Source: Candidatus Omnitrophota bacterium (lineage in GTDB: Bacteria; Omnitrophota; Omnitrophia; Omnitrophales; Aquincolibacteriaceae). Taken from it: a stretch of 64,000 nt of DNA. Numbering within the stretch: the stretch's first letter is position 1; each line of letters begins with the position of its first letter. Of this stretch, positions 1 through 11,246 are shown piece after piece. The position numbers were made by a program, and so were the translations under genes. The stretch lies in assembly GCA_903884815.1 (NCBI GenBank), contig CAISGE010000032.1:69978-133977 (forward strand), given 5' to 3'. The notes under the pieces are model-generated. The model made no database searches, was not told where the DNA came from, and was given only the letters and a program-made list of their open reading frames with translations.

Positions 1-317
1 AGCAAAAGAAGGAGAGGGGCGTATTTAGCGTAAGGAGCTGCTGTCACTGCTGCCTGCGACGCCGTGGATGCGGTCCCTGACGCCATCTGCCCTAAACCGC
101 CCACCACTCCCGTGACGCAACGGGCAGTTCCCGTCAAGGCTCCCCCGACGATGCCGACGGGATTCAGCCCCCCTTGCAACATGGCTTTTGGGATTTCCAG
201 GGGAGCTAACAAGGTTCGGGCGAGTCCGTCTGTGAATCCGGCGTAAATAGGCGGACACGTCAGCAGCAAATAAAAACCAAACAATGCCAAACTAAGGGTT
301 GTTTTTTTGAATTTCAT
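1..317 (-). CDS. Exported or membrane Gly/Ala-rich hypothetical protein, 3' end outside window
   Basis: Read manually because it has no stop in the window. ATG at 317 gives MKFKKTTLSLALFGFYLLLTCPPIYAGFTDGLARTLLAPLEIPKAMLQGG..., open to base 1, with a signal-peptide-like N-terminus. Confidence 0.75.
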   Translation of the reverse strand, partial: MKFKKTTLSLALFGFYLLLTCPPIYAGFTDGLARTLLAPLEIPKAMLQGGLNPVGIVGGALTGTARCVTGVVGGLGQMASGTASTASQAAVTAAPYAKYAPLLLL

Positions 318-394
318 CTTAGACTAGATATCGGCCGCCGTCCCAAATCCTATACGTCATTCTACCGTGTTTATAGGGGGGTGCTTTTTAACTC

Positions 395-754
395 TCACTC
401 CGTTCTTTTGCGTTCGAGGTGAACCCCGACATTCCGTGCATTATTGAGCGCTTTAGGCTTTGAGATCGTGAGCTCCACGCTTTTGAGCGGAAATTCCTTA
501 AGGAGGGTCGAGGTAAGGCGTTCCGCAAGGGTTTCGATCAAATAGAAGCGGCTTTTGGAAACGAACTCCGTCGTGCGGTCCGCGATTTTCTTATAATTGA
601 TGGCATCCCGGAGGTTATCCCGGCTCGCGGCTTTTCGTATGGGAGCGGCGAATTCGAGATCGAGGACGATTTTCTGCTTCACTTTGCGTTCCCGAGGCAG
701 TGTCCCGATGATGCAGCGTACTTCCAGTCCTTCAATGAAGATCTCGTCCGCCAT
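395..754 (-). CDS. folB: Dihydroneopterin aldolase
   Basis: MADEIFIEGL...IG..P.ER...Q.I.LD, INY, LIETLAE and ISKP motifs; start moved to ATG 754. Confidence 0.93.
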   Translation of the reverse strand: MADEIFIEGLEVRCIIGTLPRERKVKQKIVLDLEFAAPIRKAASRDNLRDAINYKKIADRTTEFVSKSRFYLIETLAERLTSTLLKEFPLKSVELTISKPKALNNARNVGVHLERKRTE

Positions 755-858
755 GGGTGTAGTGTACCCTCGCGGGCAACCGATTTCAACTACGCTGGTT
801 GAAAGCGGTCGAAAACAGCCCTCGACGGGGCGGAGGCTTATCCGTAAACTATCGCACC

Positions 859-1917
859 ATGCCGATCCCCACGACGGAAGTATCCACAAAAGTGACGCCC
901 TTATGTCCTCTTTTCGGGACTTGCGGGGGCTGTCAGTATCAGGACGTTTCTTACGAGGAAGAGCTTGTTCGTAAAGAGGCGATCTTGAAAGACCTGCTTA
1001 TGAAGGAAGTCGGACTCGCGGCAGATGTCTTTGAACCGATCTCGTCTTCGCCGGAGTTTTATCATTACCGTCATCGTCTCGACCTGACTCTACGCAAAAG
1101 GAATAACGGCGAGCGGCAGATGGGTTTTATGTTGCCGGGAACCCAACGCCTCCAGGAAGTCACTGTTTGTCCTATCGCCCGTAAGGAGATCAACGATTTT
1201 CTGCCGACGCTCCGAGAGGAGGCGGTTCGCAAACTTCCCGAGGATTATAAAACCGCGAACCTGGTCGTTCGCGTCGGTGATGAAGGGAAGGTTTTTTGGG
1301 GCGGGATTGGCCGGAGGTCACTCCGCATGAAAGAGGAGGATTATCTCTGGACGGTGGTGAAGGGCCGAAAGATCTTTTTCGCGCTCGACACTTTTTTCCA
1401 GGCGAATCTGTCGATCCTCGAGCGCATCGTTGGGAAGATCGAGGGTCTGATCGGGTGGCGCAACGACACGGTCTTTCTGGATCTTTATTCCGGTGTCGGG
1501 CTTTTCGGGATCGCGCTCGCGGATCGCGCGGCGGAAGTCATCATGATCGAATCGGTTTCGGATTCCGTGAAGTTGGCCCATTATAATGTTCGCTATCATG
1601 ATCTGAAACAGGTGAAGATCCTTGAAGGACAAGTTGAGACGCAACTGCCGGAAGTGCTGCATGAGTTGATCGGGAAACCCTGCGTGGCGCTGATCGATCC
1701 GCCGCGGGCGGGGCTAGCGCCTTCTGCGATCGAAACATTGGGTTCTGCCAAGGATCTGCAGTCCCTCTTTTATCTTTCCTGTTCGCCGGAATCGCTTGCC
1801 CGGGATTTGAAGCATCTGGCGCGTGTCGGGTGGCAGGTCCAGAAGATCATGCCTTTCGATTTTTTTCCACGAACGCGGCATTTGGAGACTTTGGTATGGT
1901 TCACCCGTTCGAAGTAG
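859..1917 (+). CDS. RNA (uracil-5)-methyltransferase, RlmD/TrmA family, no TRAM domain
   Basis: CPLFGTCGGC Fe-S motif, FFQAN, DLYSGVG, DPPRAG, YLSC, FDFFP.T.HLE. Confidence 0.9.
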   Translation: MPIPTTEVSTKVTPLCPLFGTCGGCQYQDVSYEEELVRKEAILKDLLMKEVGLAADVFEPISSSPEFYHYRHRLDLTLRKRNNGERQMGFMLPGTQRLQEVTVCPIARKEINDFLPTLREEAVRKLPEDYKTANLVVRVGDEGKVFWGGIGRRSLRMKEEDYLWTVVKGRKIFFALDTFFQANLSILERIVGKIEGLIGWRNDTVFLDLYSGVGLFGIALADRAAEVIMIESVSDSVKLAHYNVRYHDLKQVKILEGQVETQLPEVLHELIGKPCVALIDPPRAGLAPSAIETLGSAKDLQSLFYLSCSPESLARDLKHLARVGWQVQKIMPFDFFPRTRHLETLVWFTRSK

Positions 1918-2489
1918 AGAAATATTTACCGCTGGTTTTCAGCAAATGTTTCGGGAATACGCATCCCGTCGAATTCGAGATCGGGTGCGGGAAGGGGAAG
2001 TTTCTGGTCCGGCGCGCGATAGAAAACCCCGGAACGAATTTTTTCGGGATCGATCGGGTCAGCAAATTCATGAAGCTGGGGAAGACGCGCGCCGAAAAGC
2101 GGGAGTTGCCGAATATCCGCTTTTTGCGGGCCGAGGCCAAGGCATTCTTGACCGACGCGGTCGCCCTGGGCAGTGTGAGCATTTTCCACATCTACTTCTC
2201 GGACCCTTGGCCCAAGCGCCGCCATCAGACGCGACGCGTTTTTACGGAGGAGTTTCTCCGTTTGCTTCACCCCCGGCTTGTCCCGGGGGGGCTGATCGAG
2301 ATCGCGACGGACGATAAGGACTATTTCGCCGCGATGAAGAAAACCATAGCGGCTACCGCGGAACTCTGGGAGAATGTACGCGAGACGGTCAACGAGAGGA
2401 TATTGGACAGCATGAACAAGACCAGTTATGAGATCAAATGGGCGGCCGAAGGGCGGCATCTTTACTACGCGGAGTTGAAAAAACGATGA
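1896..2489 (+). CDS. trmB: tRNA (guanine-N7)-methyltransferase
   Basis: EIGCGKG, FSDPWPKRRH, ATD and T.YE motifs; likely start ATG 1896. Confidence 0.93.
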   Translation: MVHPFEVEKYLPLVFSKCFGNTHPVEFEIGCGKGKFLVRRAIENPGTNFFGIDRVSKFMKLGKTRAEKRELPNIRFLRAEAKAFLTDAVALGSVSIFHIYFSDPWPKRRHQTRRVFTEEFLRLLHPRLVPGGLIEIATDDKDYFAAMKKTIAATAELWENVRETVNERILDSMNKTSYEIKWAAEGRHLYYAELKKR

Positions 2490-3220
2490 GGATCGCGCAC
2501 GCCTTGGCCAGCGCGGGGCTTGGCTCCCGCAGGAAATGCGAAACCTTTGTCACGAACGGCGCCATTTCCGTGAACGGCGAGGTCATCAAGGACCTGGGCC
2601 GCCAGGTGGACTTTCAAAAAGATACGATCATGTACCGGACCAAAGTCCTTGAGCTGGCGCCGCATATCTATTACCTCCTGAACAAGCCCGAAGGATATGT
2701 CGTGACAGCGCAGGACCTTCATGCCAAGAAAACCGTTTTTGATCTTTTGCCGCGGCATCTTGTGAACGCGACGCGCCAGTCCGGCACGAATCGTGTCCGC
2801 GTGTTTCCCGTCGGGCGTCTTGATAAAGACACCTCCGGCTTGTTGCTTATGACCAATGATGGCGAGCTCGCGAACCGTCTGATCCATCCTCGCTATCACG
2901 TGGAGAAATGGTATCAAGTGAAGCTTCACCGGGCCTGGGATGTGCGGGACCGCCACAAGGTGCTGGAGGGTTTTCATTCCTACGACGGGTTCCTGAAGCT
3001 CGAAGAGATCCGGCCGATCTCCCCGAGGATCGTGATGGTGGAGCTTCGCGAGGGGAGGAAGCGCCAGATCCGGCGGGTGTTCCAGCGTTTTGAATATACG
3101 GTTGTGATGCTTAACCGCTATTCCTTTGGCCCCCTCAAGCTCGGGCATCTCGCGCCGGGACAAGGCCGCTTTCTTACTTCAGTCGAGGCCCGCGAGCTCC
3201 ATAAGGCGGTAGATCTTTAA
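2486..3220 (+). CDS. Pseudouridine synthase, RsuA/RluB family
   Basis: S4 domain (SRRKCE..V.NG), LNKP.G, VGRLDKDTSGLLL.TNDG, EGRKRQIRR; ATGA overlap with trmB. Confidence 0.93.
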   Translation: MRIAHALASAGLGSRRKCETFVTNGAISVNGEVIKDLGRQVDFQKDTIMYRTKVLELAPHIYYLLNKPEGYVVTAQDLHAKKTVFDLLPRHLVNATRQSGTNRVRVFPVGRLDKDTSGLLLMTNDGELANRLIHPRYHVEKWYQVKLHRAWDVRDRHKVLEGFHSYDGFLKLEEIRPISPRIVMVELREGRKRQIRRVFQRFEYTVVMLNRYSFGPLKLGHLAPGQGRFLTSVEARELHKAVDL

Positions 3221-3226
3221 AAACAG

Positions 3227-3287
3227 CGCAACGCTCAGCGCGCAACGTTAAACCTCAGTGCCGATTCGTTGCGCGTCGCACGTTGCG
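3227..3287. repeat. Heptamer-periodic inverted repeat (element A)
   Basis: CGCAACG-CTCAGCG-CGCAACG, 19-nt spacer, CGTTGCG-CGTCGCA-CGTTGCG; lies between convergent genes. Confidence 0.8.
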
Positions 3288-3305
3288 CGCCCCTGGGTGC
3301 GCAAG

Positions 3306-3551
3306 TTACTCCTCAATCGTCTGATCCCAAGGGTGATAAAAAAGGCGCTTCTTGGCGCGCCCATCCTCCATCACGATCACCAGATGATCATCCACCGAAA
3401 ACGCCGGATGCATCCGGATCGCATCCGCCTTCACCCCCTTGTCCTTCAAGAAGTTTAGCAGGAATTCCTGTTCTGGTTCTTTTAGCGTGCATTTGATGTC
3501 CAGAAAATCCCGCACCAGATATTCCCAGGTTTGTTTGCTGGCGAAGCTCAT
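3306..3551 (-). CDS. Hypothetical protein, 81 aa
   Basis: ORF with AGGAGG RBS that fills an intergenic gap; no family recognised. Confidence 0.7.
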   Translation of the reverse strand: MSFASKQTWEYLVRDFLDIKCTLKEPEQEFLLNFLKDKGVKADAIRMHPAFSVDDHLVIVMEDGRAKKRLFYHPWDQTIEE

Positions 3552-3735
3552 CGCGAAACCTCCTTGTGATTGTCTGTTCGCCCTTAACTCTAGCGGACTG
3601 GCGGGGAGTTCGATAGGGTGAGTGAGCTCACGGCGCGGAAGGTATCTATTATTCGTAGATAAATAAGGAGTTCTTTCGTCTTTGCCGGGAAGCCGCCTTG
3701 TTCTTTCTCTGATAGGCAGAGGTCCGTTAAAATAT

Positions 3736-3796
3736 TTGACAAGACGCGTCGGCTTAGCTATATTGATATTATTACTCTATGGGGTTTATAGACTAT
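3736..3796 (+). promoter_or_regulatory. Sigma70 promoter and putative Rrf2 operator
   Basis: TTGACA(3736)-17 nt-TATATT(3759). Imperfect palindrome TACTCTA-N9-TAGACTA (3773-3795) overlaps the start codon. Confidence 0.65.
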
Positions 3797-4247
3797 GATA
3801 TCGAAGAAGACAAAATACGCTCTGAAGGCCGTTCTCATGCTGACGGAAAAGTACGCCTCGCGGGAGCCGGTGCTGATCGCCGAGATCGCGCAGCGGGAAT
3901 CGATCCCCAAGAAGTTCCTGGAGGCCATTCTTCTTGAGCTGAAAAATAAAGGCCTTTTGCAAAGCAAGAAGGGCAAGGGCGGCGGTTATCTTTTGGCCCG
4001 CGCGCCGAACCAGATCAGTTTTGGGGAAGTGATTGGGATCTTCGAAAATCCCTTCAGCGCGCTCCCGTGCCTGGACTCCCGGGCGCATCGGCGTTGCGGC
4101 GAGTGTAAAAAAGGGAGTGCCTGCGGGATCCAGATCGTGATGCAGGAAGTCCACCGGACCACGTCGAGCATTCTGAACGTGACGTCACTCCAGGATGTTC
4201 ATGAGCGAATGCGACATACGAACCAGGAATCCATGTATTTCATCTAA
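3795..4247 (+). CDS. Rrf2-family regulator, Cys-containing
   Basis: YALKA..., IA..E.IP.KFLE.IL..LK..GL..S.KG..GGY.L, four Cys in the C-terminal half; ends MYFI. Confidence 0.93.
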   Translation: MISKKTKYALKAVLMLTEKYASREPVLIAEIAQRESIPKKFLEAILLELKNKGLLQSKKGKGGGYLLARAPNQISFGEVIGIFENPFSALPCLDSRAHRRCGECKKGSACGIQIVMQEVHRTTSSILNVTSLQDVHERMRHTNQESMYFI

Positions 4248-5567
<1,320 letters not shown>

Positions 5568-5580
5568 AAAGGGGACTCAA

Positions 5581-6516
5581 ATGGCCAGAATATTCAAAGA
5601 TATCACTCAGACAGTAGGGAATACGCCGCTCGTTCGCCTGAACCGCTTAACGAAAGGTCTGGACGCGACGGTGCTGGTGAAACTAGAGACCGCGAATCCT
5701 CTTTCAAGCGTCAAGGACAGGATCGGAGTCGCCATGATCGATGCCGGAGAACGGGCCGGGAAGATCAAGCCGGGCAGTGTAATCGTGGAGCCGACGAGCG
5801 GGAACACGGGGATCGCGCTCGCGTTCGTGGCCGCGGCGCGCGGTTACCGGCTGATCCTGACGATGCCCGAGACCATGAGTGTCGAGCGGCGCCAGCTTCT
5901 CAAGATCCTTGGCGCGGAACTGGTGCTTACCGAAGGGCCCAAGGGGATGCGCGGGGCTGTGGAGAAAGCCGAAGAGATCGCGAAGAATACGCCGAACAGT
6001 TTTCTCACGCAGCAATTCAATAATCCTGCGAATGCCGAGATCCACCGGAAGACCACGGCTGAAGAGATATGGAAAGATACGGACGGGGCTGTGGATATCT
6101 TTGTCGCGGGTATCGGAACTGGCGGGACGATCACCGGTGTCGGAGAAGTGCTGAAACAAAAGAAACCTTCTGTTAGAATAATCGCCGTGGAACCGGTCGA
6201 TTCTCCCGTTCTGTCAGGCGGGAAGCCGGGGCCGCACAAGATACAGGGGATCGGGGCCGGTTTTATTCCGGGGGTCCTAAACACCAAGGTTTATGACGAG
6301 ATTCTCAAGATCCGCCATGAGGACGCGGGGGAGATCGCCCGGCAGCTCGCGAAACAGGAAGGTATTCTTGCCGGAATTTCCGCAGGCGGCAATGTCTGGG
6401 CTGCCTTAGAAGTGGCCAAGCGGCCGGAATCAAAAGGAAAAACGATCGTGACCGTGATCTGTGACACAGGCGAACGGTATCTCTCAACATGGCTTTTCCA
6501 GGAGTATGCGGGATGA
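5581..6516 (+). CDS. cysK: Cysteine synthase A
   Basis: [31 protein letters not shown]. Confidence 0.95.
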   Translation: MARIFKDITQTVGNTPLVRLNRLTKGLDATVLVKLETANPLSSVKDRIGVAMIDAGERAGKIKPGSVIVEPTSGNTGIALAFVAAARGYRLILTMPETMSVERRQLLKILGAELVLTEGPKGMRGAVEKAEEIAKNTPNSFLTQQFNNPANAEIHRKTTAEEIWKDTDGAVDIFVAGIGTGGTITGVGEVLKQKKPSVRIIAVEPVDSPVLSGGKPGPHKIQGIGAGFIPGVLNTKVYDEILKIRHEDAGEIARQLAKQEGILAGISAGGNVWAALEVAKRPESKGKTIVTVICDTGERYLSTWLFQEYAG

Positions 6517-7634
6517 CATCTAAAAGCATCGGGCTCGTAGAAACAAAATATTTTACGTTCGCGGAATCCGGCAGCGAGTTCAAGCTCGAGTCCGGGCGTA
6601 CGCTTGGTCCCATCACGCTTGCCTATGAAACCTACGGCCAGCTGAACGCCGACAAGTCAAATGCCATTCTCGTGATGCACGCTTTTTCGGGAGACGCCCA
6701 CGCCGCGGGTCTTCATGCCGGCGACAAGCATTCCGGATGGTGGGATTTCATGATCGGGCCCGGAAGGGGTCTTGATACCGAAAAATATTTTATGATCTGC
6801 GTTAATGTGATCGGTGGATGCAAGGGGAGCACAGGTCCGTCCTCGATCAATCCCGAAACGGGGAAACCCTACGGTATTGATTTCCCGCTCATCACGATCG
6901 GGGACATGGTCCGGACCCAGAAGCATTTGATCGATCATCTCGGGATCAAGAAGCTTTACGGAGTGATCGGCGGTTCGATGGGAGGGATGCTCGCGCTCCA
7001 GTGGGTCGCCTCTTTTCCGCAAAGCGTCGAGTGCGTGATCCCGATCGCAACGACTTTGAAGCATTCGCCGCAGCAGATCGCTTTCAATGAGGTCGGCCGG
7101 CAGGCCATCATGGCGGATCTCGCCTGGAACGGCGGAAATTATTATGGCGGACCGGCGCCTGAAAAGGGCCTGGCGGTCGCTCGGATGCTCGGACACATCA
7201 CGTTCATGAGCAATGAATCGATGGAGAAGAAATTCTCGCGGCGTCTCAAGGATGACAATTCGGGTTTTAATTTCTCCGCGGATTTTGAGGTCGAAGGTTA
7301 TCTCCAGTATCGGGGGATGAGTTTCACGAAGCGTTTTGACGCGAACACGTATCTTTACATCACCAAGGCGATGGACTACTTCGATCTTTCGGACGGGAAA
7401 TGGATTCCGAAAGAAGAGCTGCCTGGCGTTCGCTTTTTGGTGATCGCATTTAAGTCCGACTGGCTCTATCCGTCCGCCCAGTCTCAGGAAATGGTGAAGC
7501 AGCTGACGATGCGGCATATCGACGCGACTTACTGTGAGAGCGATTCCACCTACGGCCACGATACTTTTCTGATCGAGAGTGAGGCCGGCAAACAGTCGCA
7601 TCTCATCAAACATTTTCTCGCGAAGAGAAAATAG
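6513..7634 (+). CDS. metX: Homoserine O-acetyltransferase
   Basis: [20 protein letters not shown] nucleophile, SDWL, YGHDTFL; ATGA overlap with cysK. Confidence 0.92.
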   Translation: MTSKSIGLVETKYFTFAESGSEFKLESGRTLGPITLAYETYGQLNADKSNAILVMHAFSGDAHAAGLHAGDKHSGWWDFMIGPGRGLDTEKYFMICVNVIGGCKGSTGPSSINPETGKPYGIDFPLITIGDMVRTQKHLIDHLGIKKLYGVIGGSMGGMLALQWVASFPQSVECVIPIATTLKHSPQQIAFNEVGRQAIMADLAWNGGNYYGGPAPEKGLAVARMLGHITFMSNESMEKKFSRRLKDDNSGFNFSADFEVEGYLQYRGMSFTKRFDANTYLYITKAMDYFDLSDGKWIPKEELPGVRFLVIAFKSDWLYPSAQSQEMVKQLTMRHIDATYCESDSTYGHDTFLIESEAGKQSHLIKHFLAKRK

Positions 7635-7693
7635 GCGCTTTTTTCTTGAAATAGCATTACCAACGGCTTACCATTTCGATTCAAAGAGGAGCG

Positions 7694-8290
7694 GTGATGA
7701 CACAGCTGATAAAGCGGGTGGATCACAAGATCATTTACGATCTTATCGATGACGGCTCCAAAGTCCTGGATCTGGGGTGTGGAACCGGGGATCTTCTGGA
7801 TCTTCTTGTGAAGGGCAAGGGTGTCAAGGGGCAGGGGGTCGAACTCAACAACGACGCGATCCATGTCTGCGTGGAAAAAGGCCTGAGCGTCTTTCACAGT
7901 GATATCGACAGCGGACTGCCTTACTACCCGGATCAATCCTTTGACTACGTTATCCTCAACCAGTCCCTTCAGGAAGTCAAAAAGATCGACACTGTGATCG
8001 CGGAAGCCCTTCGGGTTGGGAAGAAGGCGATCATTGGATTTCCTAATTTCGCCCACCTGCATGATCGCCTCCAGCTTTGCTTTGGAGGACGGGCCCCTGT
8101 CAGCTCTTCGCTGCCTTACGAGTGGCACAGTACGCCGAATCTGCGTTTTCTCTCCATTAAGGATTTCCGAAATTACTGTGCCCGGAAAAGTTACAAGGTC
8201 CTGGCCGCGCAATATCTGGACGATCAGGGGCCGGTTCGCGTTCTTCCCAATCTCTTCGCCCAACTCGCCATTTTCGTTATTACAAAATAA
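7694..8290 (+). CDS. metW: Methionine biosynthesis protein MetW
   Basis: VLDLGCGTG, FPNFAH, LPYEW..TPN; directly after metX. Confidence 0.92.
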   Translation: MMTQLIKRVDHKIIYDLIDDGSKVLDLGCGTGDLLDLLVKGKGVKGQGVELNNDAIHVCVEKGLSVFHSDIDSGLPYYPDQSFDYVILNQSLQEVKKIDTVIAEALRVGKKAIIGFPNFAHLHDRLQLCFGGRAPVSSSLPYEWHSTPNLRFLSIKDFRNYCARKSYKVLAAQYLDDQGPVRVLPNLFAQLAIFVITK

Positions 8291-8335
8291 AATAAGGTCT
8301 CACTCCTCGGGACTCATTCCCCACGGGGAATCTCT

Positions 8336-9106
8336 ATGGCTGATTCTAAAGACCACGCACACAAGCAAAAGATCCTCGAGCAATTCTCCAAGCAGGCCAT
8401 ACCGTTCTCGAAGGTGCCGGGACACCGGGATTCTATGGAGCTCCTGATCCGGATGTCCGGTGTCTCTTCGTCCGATACGGTCCTGGATGTCGCCTGCGGT
8501 CCCGGCCTGGTGGCCTGTGAATTCGCGAAGGTCGCGAGCCATGTGACTGGGATCGACATCACGGCGAAGATGATCGAGCAGGCCCAGCGGCTTCAGGTGG
8601 AAAAACAGCTTGCGAATGTAGATTGGAGGATCGGGGATATTTTGCCTCTGCCTTATGCGGACCATCATTTTTCCACCGTACTAACGCGGTACAGTTTTCA
8701 CCATTTCCTGAAGCCCGAGGCTGTCTTGGCGGAAATGATGAGGGTCTGCAAGCCCGGAGGGAAAGTTTTGGTGGCAGATGTGGCTTTGCCTCCCGAAAAA
8801 ACAGCCGCCTATGATCGCTTGGAAAAACTCCGTGATCCTTCTCACACGCATGCTCTGACCCTTCCGGAGTTCGAGGCGCTCTTCGCGAGAAGCGGTTTGA
8901 CCGGTATCCGGAAAGATTTCTACAAGGTTGAGTTGGAGCTGGAGCAGCAGTTAAAAGCTTCTTTTCCGGAACCCGGTGATGAGAAAAAGATCCGGGACCT
9001 CTTCAGATCCGATCTGTGTGAGAATAAACTCGGGGTTGAGGCTCATCTCGAGGGGGATGCAGTCCATTATTCGGTTCCGATTGCGGTCTATGTTGGACAG
9101 AAATAA
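8336..9106 (+). CDS. Class I SAM-dependent methyltransferase, UbiE-like
   Basis: VLDVACGPG, LPY.D..F, FHHF, RVCKPGG, LRDPSH. Confidence 0.88.
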   Translation: MADSKDHAHKQKILEQFSKQAIPFSKVPGHRDSMELLIRMSGVSSSDTVLDVACGPGLVACEFAKVASHVTGIDITAKMIEQAQRLQVEKQLANVDWRIGDILPLPYADHHFSTVLTRYSFHHFLKPEAVLAEMMRVCKPGGKVLVADVALPPEKTAAYDRLEKLRDPSHTHALTLPEFEALFARSGLTGIRKDFYKVELELEQQLKASFPEPGDEKKIRDLFRSDLCENKLGVEAHLEGDAVHYSVPIAVYVGQK

Positions 9107-9108
9107 AA

Positions 9109-9151
9109 AAGGGGACAGGCTACTTTTTATAGAAAAATAGCCTGTCCCCTT
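9109..9151. terminator. Palindrome between convergent genes, probable bidirectional terminator or REP-like element
   Basis: AAGGGGACAGGCTA (9109-9122) / TAGCCTGTCCCCTT (9138-9151). Confidence 0.7.
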
Positions 9152-9163
9152 AAATAGTTACTT

Positions 9164-10303
9164 TTACTTTCCGAGAGCTTTTTTTAAATCCTCGATCAGA
9201 TCTTCCGTCCCTTCGATGCCGGTGGAGATGCGGATGGTTTCCTGCGTGATCCCCGAAGCCTTCAATCCTTCCGGCCCCATCGAGGCATGGCTCATGCTCC
9301 ACGGATGTTCAATGAGCGACTCCACGCCGCCTAAGGATTCCGCAAGTTGGAAAAGCTTCAGTTTCTTGAAGAATTCCTTGAGCGGGACTTTTTTCGTATC
9401 CAGTTCAAAGGCCAGCATGCCGCCGGCGCCCTTCATCTGTTTCTTGATCAGAGCCTGCTGCGGGTGACTTTCAAGGCCCGTGTAATGGACTTGCTTGACG
9501 GCGGGATGTCCTTCGAGGAATGACGCGATCTTTCCGGCGTTCCTCTGATGCGCCTCCATGCGATAGGGCAGGGTCTTGATCCCGCGAAGCACGAGCCACG
9601 CGTCATAAGGGGACTGGCTTACGCCGAGTCCGTTCACAAAAAAACGGATCTTCTCGCCGATCGATTCGCTTTTATAAACGACAGCGCCGCCGACGACATC
9701 GCTGTGTCCGTTCAGGTATTTGGTGGTGGAATGAACCACAATGTCCGCGCCGAATTCGAACGGCCTCTGGAGATAAGGGGACAGAAAAGTATTGTCTACG
9801 ACGGTCATCAGTTTTTTCTTCCGGGCCAGTCCGATCACGGCTTCCAGGTCGACGATGTGGAGCAGGGGGTTGGACGGCGTCTCGATCCAGATCATCCGGG
9901 TCTTTGGCTGGATCGCCTTCCGGATGGCTTTCAGATCCATCATGTTGATAAAGGAAAAGGTGATCCCGCGCTTCGCGAAGACATCCTTGAACAGGCGATA
10001 GGTTCCGCCGTAGATGTCATTTCCGGTGACCACATGAGCGCCCGGTTCCAGGAGGAAGAGGACAGTCGTGATGGCGGCCATGCCGGTCGCTGTAGCGGAG
10101 GCTCCGATCCCGCCTTCCAGTGCCGCGATGTTTTCTTCGAGGGCCGCGCGCGTTGGGTTGCCGCTCCGGGTGTAGTCATAGCCCTTGGTCTTTCCGAGCT
10201 CTTCGAACCGGAAGGTGGAGCTGGGGTAAATGGGAGTAATGACGGAATTGTACTGGGAATCTTTGGCAGTCCCCGCGAGGACGGCTTTGGTCCGTATATC
10301 CAT
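9164..10303 (-). CDS. Cystathionine gamma-lyase/synthase family PLP enzyme
   Basis: YDYTRSGNPTR, ETPSNP, VDNTF, HSTTKYLNGHSD, AESLGGVESL; start ATG 10303. Confidence 0.92.
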   Translation of the reverse strand: MDIRTKAVLAGTAKDSQYNSVITPIYPSSTFRFEELGKTKGYDYTRSGNPTRAALEENIAALEGGIGASATATGMAAITTVLFLLEPGAHVVTGNDIYGGTYRLFKDVFAKRGITFSFINMMDLKAIRKAIQPKTRMIWIETPSNPLLHIVDLEAVIGLARKKKLMTVVDNTFLSPYLQRPFEFGADIVVHSTTKYLNGHSDVVGGAVVYKSESIGEKIRFFVNGLGVSQSPYDAWLVLRGIKTLPYRMEAHQRNAGKIASFLEGHPAVKQVHYTGLESHPQQALIKKQMKGAGGMLAFELDTKKVPLKEFFKKLKLFQLAESLGGVESLIEHPWSMSHASMGPEGLKASGITQETIRISTGIEGTEDLIEDLKKALGK

Positions 10304-10401
10304 GAGCTCCTTTCGGAAGCTTGTCTTTGAGTTGAATGAGGCGGGTATGCTAGCGCATCTTTTTGCCCCTTGCGAATGAAAAGATTCTACCATGAAAATA
10401 A

Positions 10402-10436
10402 ATACTTGACAAACTTAATCAAGTAAGTTATATATT
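10402..10436 (+). promoter_or_regulatory. Promoter with Rrf2/IscR-type operator
   Basis: TTGACA (10406) and TATATA (10429, 17-nt spacing). Palindrome TACTTGA-N9-TCAAGTA (10403-10425) overlaps the -35. Confidence 0.7.
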
Positions 10437-10465
10437 AGGCATTAAGTAAAATTCAAGAGGGGAAT

Positions 10466-10894
10466 ATGAAGCTACCTGCAAAAATAGAATATGCGGTGAA
10501 GGCAGTCCTGGAGCTTGCGCTGCGCAGTGAAGACGGCAAGCCGGTGCCGTTGGAACTGATCGCGCGTACGCAGCAGATCCCGGCGCAATTCCTGGTGCAG
10601 CTCCTTTCGCGTCTCAAGCACGCGGGATTGGTGGATACGGTGCGCGGCGTGACGGGAGGCTATGCTCTTGCCAAGCATCCTTCGCAGATCACACTCGCGG
10701 AAGTGTTTAGCGCCGTCGACAGTCACATTCTCGAATTTCCAAAACCTTACTCCAGGAAAGGCGAGTCCGAAGCGGGCTCCCTTTTCGCCGGTATCTGGAC
10801 CGACATTAGCTGTACCCTGAGAAAACAATTGGAAGTCACGCTGGAAGAACTTATGGCGCGGCTTCACGCGGGTCAATTAACTTATCAGATCTGA
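10466..10894 (+). CDS. Rrf2-family regulator, CymR-like, lacking the Fe-S Cys set
   Basis: EYAVKA, IA..Q.IP..FL.QL...LK.AGLV...RG..GGY; ends YQI. Confidence 0.92.
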   Translation: MKLPAKIEYAVKAVLELALRSEDGKPVPLELIARTQQIPAQFLVQLLSRLKHAGLVDTVRGVTGGYALAKHPSQITLAEVFSAVDSHILEFPKPYSRKGESEAGSLFAGIWTDISCTLRKQLEVTLEELMARLHAGQLTYQI

Positions 10895-10928
10895 GTCCCT
10901 TTCGGGTCCGGATTCTCAGGGAGAAAAA

Positions 10929-11126
10929 ATGACGGTTCCTCAGCAGCAATTCAAAAAGAATATTGTCAACGACGCGATCTTAAAAGAGATCGCTGACGCA
11001 ATCCACGGCTTGGCGTTTGGAACCGTGACGATCAAGATCAATCATTCCAAGATCGTGCAGCTTGAAGTCGCCGAGAACCGGCGCTTTGATGATGTGTGGT
11101 CCGTGGAAGGCGGCGGCGGTATCTGA
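10929..11126 (+). CDS. YezD/DUF2292 (OscA-like) small protein
   Basis: I..AI..L.FG.V.I.I...KIVQLE..E.RR pattern; RBS GGAG; precedes sulfate-uptake genes. Confidence 0.8.
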   Translation: MTVPQQQFKKNIVNDAILKEIADAIHGLAFGTVTIKINHSKIVQLEVAENRRFDDVWSVEGGGGI

Positions 11127-11246
11127 AAATGACTTTTCAATTCAAACAAGGACCAGATAACTGGCCTCATCAAACCATAAACCATAAATCGAACGGACTG
11201 ACCGGACAACCGGGGGTTCCCATGATTCTCAAAAGGAGAAACAGTC

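Noticed and set aside
361-377. TCTACCGTGTTTATAGG resembling the Rrf2-1 operator core
   Set aside because: Only a partial match lacking the outer arms; could be chance.
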